Origin: Tubiluchus corallicola
Taxonomy: Eukaryota > Animalia > Priapulida
DNA length: 64,000 nucleotides
Direction: 5' to 3'
Assembly: GCA_030141605.1 (NCBI GenBank)
Contig: JAQGDQ010000473.1
Coordinates: 87,053-151,052 of the forward strand
Part shown: positions 1-11,299 of the stretch, in pieces
Layout of the letters: each line of letters opens with the position of its first letter
Numbering within the stretch: position 1 is the first letter of the stretch
Program-made: the position numbers and the translations under genes
The notes under the pieces: model-generated
What the model saw: only the letters and a program-made list of their open reading frames with translations
The model's database searches: none
What the model was told of the DNA's origin: nothing

Positions 1-837
1 AACAAAATTGTCAATGCCATGCTTTTATTAGTGTCACCTAGATAACAATGGGAAGAGTTATCCCAGCACTGAAATCTTATCAAGGAATTCCGGTGTAAAG
101 GAAGAGGTCGACATTCAAAATCCAAAGGAGCAAGAAAGAGAGGTCACCAAGAACAGGAGACAAAGAAAAGCACAATCCCTCAACAAGCCCAATCAACAAT
201 GAAAGAAGCCCAACTAGTGAATCTCTTGGAGGAGAGGAGCTTGAGAAGATATGCATAAGTCTGCCATGTGTCAATTAGAAGTTCATCTAACTCTACAAGA
301 GAAAATGAGAAATCCAAAAAGTCCCACGATCCTGTAAAATGAGTGAGCGATTGAATGTTCCCATTATTCCTTAATAAATCCAATACTCTTTTCCAGTAAT
401 CATCCACTACTCCAATTTTTGCAATAGGCAAACACTTCCGTGGAACAATTGCTGGTATTTTTCAACAGTTGTGTAATCCAATTTAATAGTAAACATAAAC
501 TTACAATGTAAAATTTGCAATGAAATTGTGAATTATATGAGAGTGCAGAATAGTAGAAACTATCAGCAAGCTTAGAAAAGTTTGTAGAAAAAGCATCTTT
601 TGTAAAGTAAGTTTGTGCTGCCAGGTTAGAGAAGCATAAGTCAGATGGCCTAACTGCAAACTGACTAAATAAAAGTGTCAGAGTGCAGATAGCCTAGACT
701 CATGGACATTCTGACAAAGGTTACCAAAAGATGTAATTCATTATTGAAGTTGTACATCGTAGTACTACATAAGTACTAGTATTTTGTTTAGTTTCTCTAC
801 ATGCTGAGCTGCAAACAAATGTGGAAATGACAGAAAA

Positions 838-1206
838 ATGGAGGTGGCTACATATCCAAATGTAAGCAAATTTTGCACGAATAGCAATGCGAAACTCAGC
901 ACTTTGGAAAGAAGAACTTCTCATACTAACTTTGCTTACGTTGATTCTAAAGAAGAACTTTTTGAAGAATGGCAAGAACGACTGAATCTAGGAAAGGTAA
1001 TACAGAGGTTTACAGTGGTTACTTATGCTTTTATGTAAAAGTGCCCCCAGCTGCAACAATACATTTATTAGCTCCTACTGGTGTGACTGAGTTTAACATT
1101 GGTGGAGATACGATATATTCTAGTTTGCAGATTTCTAAAGGAAATATAAATGCACTTAGTCCTGATGCATTAAATACGTTACTTGCTCAAAATGGCTGCC
1201 ATTATT
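838..1206 (+). mobile_element. Degenerate PIF1-type helicase fragment, probably Helitron-derived
   Basis: ORF 969..1238 contains LLAPTGVTEFNIGGDTIYSSLQI, matching the PIF1/Helitron motif APTGxAAxNIxGxTIHS. It is cut at 1207 by the Penelope-like element. Confidence 0.6.
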
Positions 1207-1247
1207 GGTTGGAAATAATATTCACAAAAACGTGTTAGCTTTCTACG

Positions 1248-1253
1248 TATAAA
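1248..1253 (+). promoter_or_regulatory. TATAAA box in the retroelement 5' end, 30 nt upstream of the viral terminus (also at 6150-6155)
   Basis: Sequence motif and spacing only; function is inferred. Confidence 0.3.
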
Positions 1254-1336
1254 CAGAGGTAGATATGTGTAGAAAACTAATCACACAAAGACGCTCATTA
1301 ACATTTTGAAACAAAGGAATAGGATATTGATAAGTC

Positions 1337-2242
1337 ATGTCCCAGCAGCAGAAGAAAACAGCCAGCGAGCAAGACGTTCAGAGATTCATCCTGGCATCCT
1401 TAGAAGACGTTAATATAGAAGATCTGAAGAAGGATGCCAAAGACATGATGGAGTTAGTAAAATTCCAGGGCTTTGATCCTGTGGAGACTGCACGTCAAGT
1501 CTTGGAATATAGTGACTGGGGTACTGGTGATGCCCCAATGTCAGATGCCTTGAAGGATGTATCCAAGATGATAGCCCTATTCCAAGCGAGAGGATCTAAA
1601 ATTGTCAATAAGTCTGGACAAAACTTTAGAATGAGTGCAGATGGGGTTAGTAGAGTTACTAACCTTATATCAAAATATCACATCGTGGCATCAGGAGGAG
1701 GACAACATGCAAAAGTCCTAACCCTACCAAGGATAGCTTTAGCTTTCTCTTACATCACATGTCAAAACTCTTACACTCTTCTTCCCGAGTCTGATACTCT
1801 CAGGCAACTCACTTGCACCGCACCAGTCAAACAGACAGCCTTTGCCAGTTTGATACCCAATGATATTGAGAATGAAGCAGATTCCACTAGGAGCATGGTG
1901 ACCACATTAATGTATGCCCATGCATATTGCATGTATGAATTAGGGAAGATCATTGGGGGAAATAAGAAACTCAGCCAAAGGCAAAGAGTGGATGAGGTGA
2001 TAAAGTTCATGAATGCAGGAATGAATAGTACAATGATCAAAAAAGAAACCAGGTTCCTAAAGCTAATAAGCCTTGGTTTAATAAATCAGACTCGCAATGA
2101 ATGGGGGCAAAACTCAACTCCTAAAATGCTGATTTATTATGCTTCTATGTGGGAACATGTAAGAGCTGAGAGACCAGACAGTGCAAGGCCCAAGCATCCA
2201 CAGGAAGATAAAGATAAAGCAGGACCTTCCCAGTCAACGTAA
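1337..2242 (+). CDS. Endogenous viral element: phenuivirus (phlebo/tenuivirus-like) nucleocapsid protein N, intact 301-aa ORF
   Basis: Motifs KFQGFDP, DVSKMIALFQARGSK, MSADGVSRVTNLISKY and LTLPRIALAF parallel phlebovirus N (FAYQGFD, DAKKMIVLALTRGNK, MSKEGKATVEALINKY, LTLSRVAAA). The ORF is intronless. The phenuivirus terminus ACACAAAGAC is at 1283-1292. Confidence 0.9.
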   Translation: MSQQQKKTASEQDVQRFILASLEDVNIEDLKKDAKDMMELVKFQGFDPVETARQVLEYSDWGTGDAPMSDALKDVSKMIALFQARGSKIVNKSGQNFRMSADGVSRVTNLISKYHIVASGGGQHAKVLTLPRIALAFSYITCQNSYTLLPESDTLRQLTCTAPVKQTAFASLIPNDIENEADSTRSMVTTLMYAHAYCMYELGKIIGGNKKLSQRQRVDEVIKFMNAGMNSTMIKKETRFLKLISLGLINQTRNEWGQNSTPKMLIYYASMWEHVRAERPDSARPKHPQEDKDKAGPSQST

Positions 2243-3395
2243 ACATATAAGGGACAATTGTTTTTGAGGCTGTCTTTGTGAGTCTTTGCTGGGTCAAGGT
2301 GTTTATGCACTGCTGCATGGGCTCGTGATTGATTGACTGCACATACTATGTGTGTTAATATGGACTTGTTTTTGTCAGAGAAGCCATTTTGTTCTTTGTT
2401 TGCATAGCAAGCAGTTGCAATCAGAAGCGCCATTTTGTTCTTTGTTTGTGGAGAATTTAGTTTTAATCAAGTTAGTTCTTTGAGGTGAGTTATTTTATGT
2501 TTTAGTTAGATTACATTACATTTGTTTTGAGTTAAAATTGCAGTTGATAGTTGCTAAAAGTTTATTTTATGTGTTTGTGTTGTATTTAGATGTTTTAGTA
2601 CAGAGAATTGTTATAATATTTAATGTTGAAGTGTAATGAGCAGAAATTCTCATAAGCTGTGTTATTTTTGTGATCTATTTATTTGGCGAGCACTTGTGTG
2701 TGTGTGTTAGTGTGTGTATGTTTATTTGTTAGTGTGCTGTAATTTTATATATTTTGTTATTTCAGTTATGGCTTTGTTATTTTTGTATTCTGATTATTTG
2801 TTGATTGTTCACGTGTATGAATATAGTCGGTAGTCTGCGATTGTGATTGTTAACGTGCCAGATTGGATTTTGCTGGTGCTTGCCTTGATAAGTTTTCAAA
2901 AGAGGGTTAAGTTTTAACATGTTTTTTTATATGCGCTTGTTTTTGGTTAGGTAGCTAGTGATATGTAATGCAAGCTTTATTTTTGTTTCAGTGGAGTTGT
3001 CTTGCTTTGTCTTTGTAATCATCAATTGTTATCGAGTTTTTAATTCTTTGAAGTAAGGTAATCCATTTTGTTTATTTTAATTTGCTTGATTTGATATCAT
3101 TTTGAAGTGTTTGTTCATGTGATTGTTTGTAGTTAAAGTAATTGTGAGGTCACATTATTGTTGTTACATTGTTGTGATGATGAAATTGTTCTTTCATTAG
3201 GGATGGGATCTTCTGAGGAGTTGTTGTCTGGGCTACTTAAGGATTTGAAGTCGGGAGGAGAACGAGATTCTGGGTTTTCTATGTCGCCAGGAGTCGAAAG
3301 AGAATCATCGCGCAGGGTCCGTGGCGGGTTAGCGGACAAGGAGAATAGAAGTGGTAACTTGTTTAAATATTTCAATAAAAAGGGTCTCGCAGGTC

Positions 3396-4200
3396 GAAAC
3401 TCAGGCAGAAGAGAGCTGCTTGGAGAAAGTATCAAAGAACAGCTTCCCGTACCAATTATGAACGATACGCTCGAACTAGGAATGTTACAACATTAGTTAG
3501 ATCAGCGAGAAGAAACTTTGAGCAAAAATTGTCGCAAGAATGTAGTAGTAATCCTAAAGCATTCTGGGCATATGTAAATTCTATATTAATGAAAAAAGAA
3601 AGGGTAAGACCCTTAAAAAGAGAAGATGGTAGCATTGCCACTACTGATCAAGAACAGGCTAACGAATTACAAAATTTTTTCACATCTGTCTATACAAATG
3701 AAGATACAAGCCAAATTCCTCAGCTACTACCAGTAACCGAGTATAAACTTGATGTGTGTAGTATCAGTGAATTAGAACTTAGTACAAAAATTAAAAAGAT
3801 GAAGGCCAACAAATCTATGGGGCCTGATGGAATTCATGCAAGTATAATTAAGAACAACGAGGATATTCTTATAAGACCAATGCTACAGAAAATGAACCAA
3901 ACTTTATCCAGTGGTATATTACCACCGAGTTGGAAAATGGCCAGAGTTTCTGCTATCCATAAAAAAAGGTGAGAGACTTAGCAAAAAATTACAGACCTAT
4001 TAGCCTGACATCAGTTGTTTGTAAATTGCTACAAGGAATACTAAGGGATAAAATCTACAACTTCATTACTGAACATAATCTCATTTGTGATAGTCAACAC
4101 GGCTTCAGAACTGGCAGATCTTGTACTACCAATTTATTAGTTTCTCTTGAAGAATGGATGGATTTACTTGAGAATAAAGGCGATGTTGATGTTATCTATA
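3396..4200 (+). mobile_element. CR1/L2-like LINE reverse transcriptase fragment, frameshifted
   Basis: NPKAFWAYVN, KSMGPDGIH, NYRPISLTSVVCKLL, QHGFRTGRSCTTNLL and VDVIY. Frameshift in an A run near 3965. Truncated before the D..KAFD motif. Confidence 0.9.
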
Positions 4201-4514
4201 CCTTACCTTGCGCACTATGTGATAGCTAGTTGAAGTCGTGTCTTACATGTATTACGGCTGTTAATTATCAGTGTTTACGCTTTTGGTACTGATGATACGT
4301 TCGTACTGAATAATATTAGAAATCCCAAAGCAAAACGATAAACGAAGCTCATTACGGTCAACTAATAAACAATCAGAAGGCATGAATATTAGTTCACATA
4401 TTGAAACCGTAGAAGTATCAACAACTCAGGACCAAAAATTGGACAAAACTTTGAGTCAACTTACTGCACTTGATATGATAATGAACGATATAAGAGAGTT
4501 AAAGGATGAACAAC

Positions 4515-6108
4515 TCTGGGGCGGAACTAGGAGGGGGCAAAGGGGGGCGCCCCCCCCCCTGCCAAATCGGACAAACAATTTTTTTTGCAGTGAAAATTGC
4601 AGCACGCATGTAATCATTTTCAATATGAATTAGAATTAGGTAGAAAAATGTTTGGTAGCTTCAGTGTGCGTGCAGACAAAACTCAGTGTCCATAGAGGTG
4701 CCTATCACAGTGTAGGCCTACAGGGACCACACACAGTCACAGGCTCTACACACAGGCCAACAGGTCTGTGTGCACAGCTATAGGATGCTGGTGTAGCAGC
4801 GGTACTATGCTGAAATTTGAGAGTGCCCTGTGCGTATAGGTACCATGCTGTAGCAGCATTACAGCACTGAACTTGGCATAGGCCTAAACCTTTTGTACGG
4901 TACAGCACGCCAAAACAAATTTGCTAAGCACACTATAGTAATAATCTCATTTCATTGTTTCATATAATTTCATTTGTAGTACGGTATTTGTGTAATTCGG
5001 GCTACTTGGCAAAATGTATATCAACGTGCCTTTATAGAACGTGGACTTTACAGAGTGTCGAATATCATATGGTTTGTGGTTTGTGGTAAAACAAAAATTA
5101 ATCAAAATTGTTTCAGAAATCTGCGCAACATGTCTGGGAATGGGGAAGACGACAAAGTTGTACCACCTAAAAAACGGCAGAAAACTTTAGACTTTTTTAT
5201 CCAAGGAAGTAAAAAGGAATCAGCATGCAACTGCAGAAGTCCAAAAAGATTATCCTGCCTCTCCCAGTGGAAAGGATCAATCAGTTTCAAAAGTTACAGA
5301 AGACGAGAAACAACCGGAGTCTCCCACTCAGAACATGAACACAAGAGCAAATGACTTAGGGCCTGTGTCTGAGAAACCACGACAACCACATATGACGAAA
5401 TATCCGAAAACTGGCCAAGGAAAGAATGCTCTTTCTTTTCAGTATAGTTGGTTCGGGAAACACTCATGGCTGGAGTACTTAAAGCAAACAGATGCAGCAT
5501 TTTGTTTTGTATGCAGGCATTTTGGTAAACAAAGACAGATTACTTGGACTGAAGTCGGATTTAAAAAATGGAAAGACGCAATGCATGATATGCAAAAGCA
5601 CGAAGAGACAGAATCACACAAAGACAGCATGTCAATGTGGGCCCTCTTCAAAAGCAGTAGCAAAACAGGTGACGTTCAAAAACGCATGCAACTTGCATAC
5701 ACAAAAAAGGACGAGAAAAAAGACAGTACATATGCAGAATCATAGCTACTGTAGAACTGTGCGCAAAACAGTGTCTTCCCCTGCGTGATCACATCGAAAC
5801 GGAAGTCAGCTCGGCCAAAGAAAATTTCCTTGAACTGCTCGCATATCTGAAAAAGTTTTATCCATTTCTGCAAACTTATACTCCACCAAAGAATGCCACG
5901 TATACGAGTGGGAAAATTCAAAACAAGGTCTTAGATATCATGTCTCATGAAATTCTGTCACAAGTGGTTCAAAGAGTGAAGAAGTCGGGGTGTTATGCAA
6001 TCATGGCAGATGAAGCAAGAGATGGAAGGACAGAATTGCTAGCACTGTGTGTGAGATTTCTCAATGTTGACAATGGTAATGTAGAGGAACATTTCGTAGG
6101 TTTCGACA
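4515..6108 (+). mobile_element. hAT transposon (ZMYM1/DUF4371 type), 5' half, degenerate
   Basis: GC-rich left end (ctggggcggaactaggaggggg). TTF-type zinc finger (FQYSWF...WLEY...AFCFVCRHF...GFKKWK...KHEETESH). DUF4371 motifs YTSGKIQN and YAIMADEARD...CVRF...VEEHFVGF. Cut at 6109. Confidence 0.85.
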
Positions 6109-9100
6109 GGTTGGAAATAATATTCACAAAAACGTGTTAGCTTTCTACGTATAAACAGAGGTAGATATGTGTGAGCAAGTTTCTGCTATAGCAGATTGTT
6201 TTTGAGGCTGTCTTTGTGAGTCTTTGCTGGGTCAAGTTGTTTATGCACTGCTGCATGGGCTCGTGATTGATTGACTGCACATACTATGTGTGTTAATATG
6301 GACTTGTTTTTGTCAGAGAAGCCATTTTGTTCTTTGTTTGCATAGCAAGCAGTTGCAATCAGAAGCGCCATTTTGTTCTTTGTTTGTGGAGAATTTATTT
6401 TTAATCAAGTTAGTTCTTTGAGGTGAGTTATTTTATGTTTTAGTTAGATTACATTACATTTGTTTTGAGTTAAAATTGCAGTTGATAGTTGCTAAAAGTC
6501 TATTTATGTATTGTATTTAGATGTTTTAGTACAGAGAATTGTTATAATATTTAATGTTGAAGTGTAATGAGCAGAAATTCTCATAAGCTGTGTTATTTTT
6601 GTGTTCTATTTATTTGGTGAGCACTTGTGTGTGTGTGTTAGTGTGTGTATGTTTATTTGTTAGTGTGCTGTAATTTTATATATTTTGTTATTTCAGTTAT
6701 GGCTTTGTTATTTTTGTATTCTGATTATTTGTTGATTGTTCACGTGTATGTATATAGTCGGTAGTCTGAGGTTGTGATTGTTAACGTGCCAGATTGGATT
6801 TTGCTGGTGCTTGCCTTGATAAGTTTTCAAAAGTGTTTAAGAATTAACATGTTTTTTATATGTGCTTGTTTTTGGTTAGGTAGCTAGTGTTATGTAATGC
6901 AAGCTTTATTTTTGTTTCAGTTGAGTTATCGTCTTGCTTTGTCTTTGTTATCATCAATTGTTATCGAGTTTTTAATTCTTTGAAGTAAGGTAATCCATTT
7001 TATTGTTTATTTTAATTTGCTTGATTTGATATCATCGTGAAGTGTTTGTTCATGTGATTGTTTGTGGTTAAAGTAATTGTGAGGTCACATTATTGTTGTT
7101 ACATTGTTGTGATGATGAAATTGTTCTTTCATTAGGGATGGGATCTTCTGAGGAGTTGTTGTCTGGGCTACTTAAGGATTTGAAGTCGGGAGGAGATCGA
7201 GATTCTGGGTTTTCTATGTCGCCAGGAGTCGAAAGAGAATCATCGCGCAGGGTCCGTGGCGGGTTAGCGGACAAGGAGAATGGAACTGGTAACTTATTTA
7301 AATATTTCAATAAAGAGGGTCTCGCAGGTCAGGTTGTGACGCGGAAGTCATCTTCTTTGTCGGTTCGGGAAAGTTTATCAGTTAAAAGACATACTAGAAT
7401 TGTTTCGGAATTGGGTGGTTATCAAAATTTGGGTACAGTTAGTGTAGTTGGTGCTAGTGGTAGCAAACGTTCTCCTTCTTCTGTGTGTTCTTCCTCGGGA
7501 TTTTTAGGTGAGAGGTTTGGTAGCAAAAGAGTAGTGTCTCGTTATAATTCTAAAACAGGTTCGTTAGAGTTAAGGCCGAAGAATCCTGCAATATCCTATG
7601 ATGGTCATGATGAAATTGTTTCGTTGGATGAGGGTGGTTCAGTAGAAAAACCAAAGGGGGAGGTTAGTAAGAGGAGTGGGGGAGTTTGCGCGAATCTAGG
7701 TTAGTGGATGAGGCTGGTGTTTCGTTAGTTGATAAGGATGTTCAGACTTAGGCAATATTAGAGTACTGGCTATTATGCAGTGAATTTGGAGTTAAGTGAA
7801 TTAGTTGGTAAGAAGTTAGACAAGATTAATGAGGCATTGCTTGAGAGGATGCAGTCTGAATTTGGGGTACGGACTCTTGTAACGAATAGTTCTAGGGCGG
7901 CTGCTGTTTTGAACACTTTGGATATTTCGCTTCGTTTAGCAATAGTGGAGTTTGACTTTGCAGAATTATATACTAATGTGAGCCATGTTGATGTACATTC
8001 TAGTGTTAAGTCAAGTTTGCTTATGTTGGATGTTGATTTTATGATATAGTCTTTTTTGCTTCTTTTAGATGAGTCTATAAATCAGAATTATTTTAGAGTG
8101 GGGGATTATATCTATAGGCAGGTTTCAGGTTTATTTATGGGTTCTAATAGCTCTCTGGCAGCTGTCAATAATGTTTTGATATGTTCTGAGTATAGGTTGT
8201 ATAAGGATCAGTCAAGTTCAATGAGTAATGTAAAGTTCTTTAAGAGGTATGCAGATGATGGTTTAGCTTTGGTTCTTTGTGATTATCTTTTGATGTTTTT
8301 GGATGTTATTAAGCAATACTATCCTGGAAGCTTGTCTTTAGAAATGAAAGTGGGATTCGATCGTGCTGTATTCCTGGATTTGGAGTTACATTTGTCAGGT
8401 ACTAGGGGAAGGAGGGCATTGATTTATACGCATGTGAAACCTCAGAATCCTACGGTTTATTTGCATTATGATTCAAATCATCCTGAATTTGTCTTTAAAG
8501 GTTTGTTTTACGGAAAGTGTGAGGAACGATCGTATTTGTAATGATTATGTGGAGTTTCATCATAGGATGGAGGTTTTTCTTCGAGTTTGCGACGTCTGGG
8601 TTATCCTGCTTCTGTTATTCGCTCTCATGTAGGGAATGTTGGTAATATTCGGGCTGCTTCATCGCCGAGAGTTCGTAATGGTGGTTTTAGGGTGTTCTAT
8701 AATTGTTTGTTTGATGCTGTTACAAGAGTGTCATCTATGGTTAGTCGCATGCTAAGGTTGAAAGGGGTTATGCAGGCTAATTCCGTAAATGGTAAATTGC
8801 GAAATGGTTATTTCAAAAGGCATCTTTCACGGGAGCTTTGGATTATAGGCCTGCTTCTGGTTGCTAGAAATAATAGGAAATTATTTTTTTAAGGTAGTTT
8901 GGTCTTTGGTTGTGTGCATTGGCATAGCTATGATGTTTTGTTTACTTGTGTAGGTTTGCGAGGTTGCTGTTGTAGTAATTATTGTTAGGTTTTTTGTTTT
9001 GTTGGTGTGCTTAGGTTTTTTGGTTCGTGTCTGTTCTTTGTGGTCTGGTGGTTTTATGTTCTTGCGTAGATTTGTTGTCTCTTTTTGTATGAACAACAAC

Positions 9101-9320
9101 AAAAAAACAATTAAACGATTAAATAAAAGATATATATATAATAGTTAGTGTATGAATTTTTTGGTAGTGCATGCTGTTTAGAGTTTTGGTGTTGCTTTTT
9201 TATGTTTTTACAGTTCTGTTTTGTGTCATTGTGTTTTCTAAAAGTAAGGCTATATGTGTTTGGAAAGTAAACCTTATAACTTTTAAAGGACTTTTCTAGT
9301 TTTTAGGAAAAAAATTTTTT
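6109..9320 (+). mobile_element. Penelope-like retroelement, copy 2 (no viral insert), with disrupted RT
   Basis: PLE-type RT motifs DFAELYTNV, YFRVGDYIYRQVSGLFMGS, FKRYADDG, FLDLEL and YLHYDSNHP in ORFs 7780-8892, with in-frame stops. Long T/G-rich UTRs. No GIY-YIG recognised. Right end approximate. Confidence 0.8.
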
Positions 9321-9324
9321 AAAG

Positions 9325-9720
9325 CCTGCATGCACAACGTGACCTACAGAACAAGTTTGATGGAAGGTCGTGTACACAGGGAAACAATCAAGTGGTTGAC
9401 AAGGAAAAGGTTGACCCTGTCATCAAGGAGCTTGATGGTGCATTTGAAATCCTGAAAGGAAGGTATAACTGTCGAACAAAGAGTTTCTGGCCAAACCAAT
9501 ACGAGCATTTGTCAAGCAATCACAGAAATTGTCCATGGACTCTGCCTTGGAACCTGCCCTTCATTGCTTTGGGAAATACGCTTCAGTTGCTGAATCTGTT
9601 GGAAACAAGAAAAAAAGAGAATGCTTGTTGGTGCAAAGTCCATTGGTGTCCAACCTACTGCAAGGGCACGCAGGAAAATATGTTTCATTTAGTGCCAAAA
9701 AACTGCATTTTGAGCTGATG
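9325..9720 (+). mobile_element. Possible MULE-like transposase C-terminal fragment
   Basis: SALEPALHCFGK...KKRECLLVQSP loosely resembles the SAL..FGK...I.VQPT tail I recall from invertebrate MULE-like proteins. Weak. Confidence 0.3.
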
Positions 9721-9956
9721 TAGTTGAGTTTCATACAAGTTGCATTTAGTGGTACAACGAGTATTTCGTGATTTTTTTGCCTGGTTTCGACAGACCGAGG
9801 TTTTTGGTGAGTTCGTTCCATATTGTTTATGCTTTGAAATTGCTAGATTAAACAGAAACTAAAATGAACTCAGTCTCTGTACATGTCAACAAATCTAAAT
9901 CAAACCATAAACGTATGAAAGAAAAACAACGCAGAACGAAATCTAGTATTGAAGTA

Positions 9957-10569
9957 CCGTATTTTCCCGTGTATAAGAGACCCTTTTTTGCTCAGAATTT
10001 TCACTTTAAAAATAAGGGGTCTCTTATACACGGGAGTAAGTCTTTTCAATCAGATGCATAAATTGTGACACTAATGATTTTAAAGAAATAAGTGCTCTAC
10101 AACTGTTTTATTTCGAATAATTATAGTTTCCTTTCAATAAATCTTCTCCATGGCTAAATTCTAATGATAAAATTATTAATATTAATCACGAAGTGGATGC
10201 AAGATGCCGACTCCAATCTGACACCAACTGGCAAGATAAGAAAGCCAACCCTTGGAGAAGTCTGCAGCTGGGTCCTCAAGGCATGGAATGGTGTAAAGCC
10301 AGAGGTCATTATTAAATCTTTCAAGAAGTGTGGCATCTCCAATGCCATGGACGGCACAGAGGACAATGCCATTTTTGAGCAGAGTGACTCCTCTGATGAT
10401 GAACTGGCTGGAATTGCAGTTGATATTTTTGATGAGAGTGATGAGGAATTTAATGATTTCTATGATGAATAAAGTTATTCATTACCAAAAAACTTTTTTC
10501 CAGAATTTTTGCCTAAAAATTGAAGGGGTCTCTTATACACAAGGGTCTCTTATACACGGGAAAATACGG
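9957..10569 (+). mobile_element. Internally deleted pogo/Tigger-type DNA transposon with intact TIRs and TA TSD
   Basis: TA|CCGTATTTTCCCGTGTATAAGAGACCC...GGGTCTCTTATACACGGGAAAATACGG|TA. The internal ORF has the pogo C-terminus TPTGKIRKP...WVLKAW...IIKSFKKCGISNAMDGTED. Confidence 0.9.
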
Positions 10570-10619
10570 TAGATCATGTAGCCGGCGTTGTCTCAAATAA
10601 CGGGTCATTAACCCTTGAC

Positions 10620-11290
10620 ACATCATCTAAACGTGTAACCTGCCCTAAATGTAAAACAGTTGTTAAGGATTATGATAAAGGCGTATCGTGTGAAATATGC
10701 GACAGATGGTTCCACACATCATGTGTCAGTGTGAGTGATACATTGTATGATGTACTGATGAATGATGAGAATGATGTCCACTGGTACTGTACTTACTGCA
10801 ACAGCGCAGCCCTGCAATTGAAACAGGACATCATAAATTTGCAGTCTAAGTTTGAGAAAATTGAAACTGACCTGAATAAGGTAACAGACAAAGTTACAAC
10901 AATCGACGATAAGCTGGAGGCTTTTAGTAAAAATGTTAACTCAAAAATAAATGCTATAGAAAAGAAAATCTTTCATAGAGGTAATCTGAGTGACAGTGAA
11001 GCAGACAACCTATTTGAAGATTTTAATGAACGAATGCAAAAAAAGGCAAGAAAAGACTAGCATCATAATACATGGGCTTACACCAGTCGCAGACTGCCAG
11101 TGGTACGAGCAATGGGTTCAAAATACATTGAACATAAAAGTCAAAATCGTGGAATCAAAGCCGCTCAAAGTAGCATCTAAAATGACATCCACATCTACAG
11201 GACCAGTTAGGATCTGTCTTTCACATCCTGGTCAAAAATGGCAAGTATTAAGAGTCATTCCACGAGAAAACCATGCAAAAGTCAAAAAAT
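10620..11290 (+). mobile_element. LINE ORF1 fragment (PHD finger plus coiled coil, CR1/L2 type)
   Basis: CPKCK...VSCEICDRWFHTSCV...WYCTYCN, followed by a heptad-rich region and an IIIHGL motif. Interrupted by a stop/frameshift. Confidence 0.75.
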
Positions 11291-11299
11291 AGTGGAAAG

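Larger units (their letters stand above)
1207..3395 (+). mobile_element. 3'-truncated Penelope-like retroelement, copy 1, carrying the viral N gene
   Basis: 1207-1270 matches 6109-6172, and 2257-3395 is near-identical to 6195-7330. Similarity stops at ...ctcgcaggtc (3395), where a LINE RT fragment begins. Confidence 0.85.

Noticed and set aside
180-431. Minus-strand ORF with VDDYWKRV, reminiscent of a hAT-like C-terminus
   Set aside because: Too short and degenerate to call. It is noted as a possible exception to the + strand bias.
4285-4315. ctgatga-tacg-tt-cgta hairpin resembling a hammerhead
   Set aside because: It lacks GAAA directly after stem II and has no supporting stems I and III.
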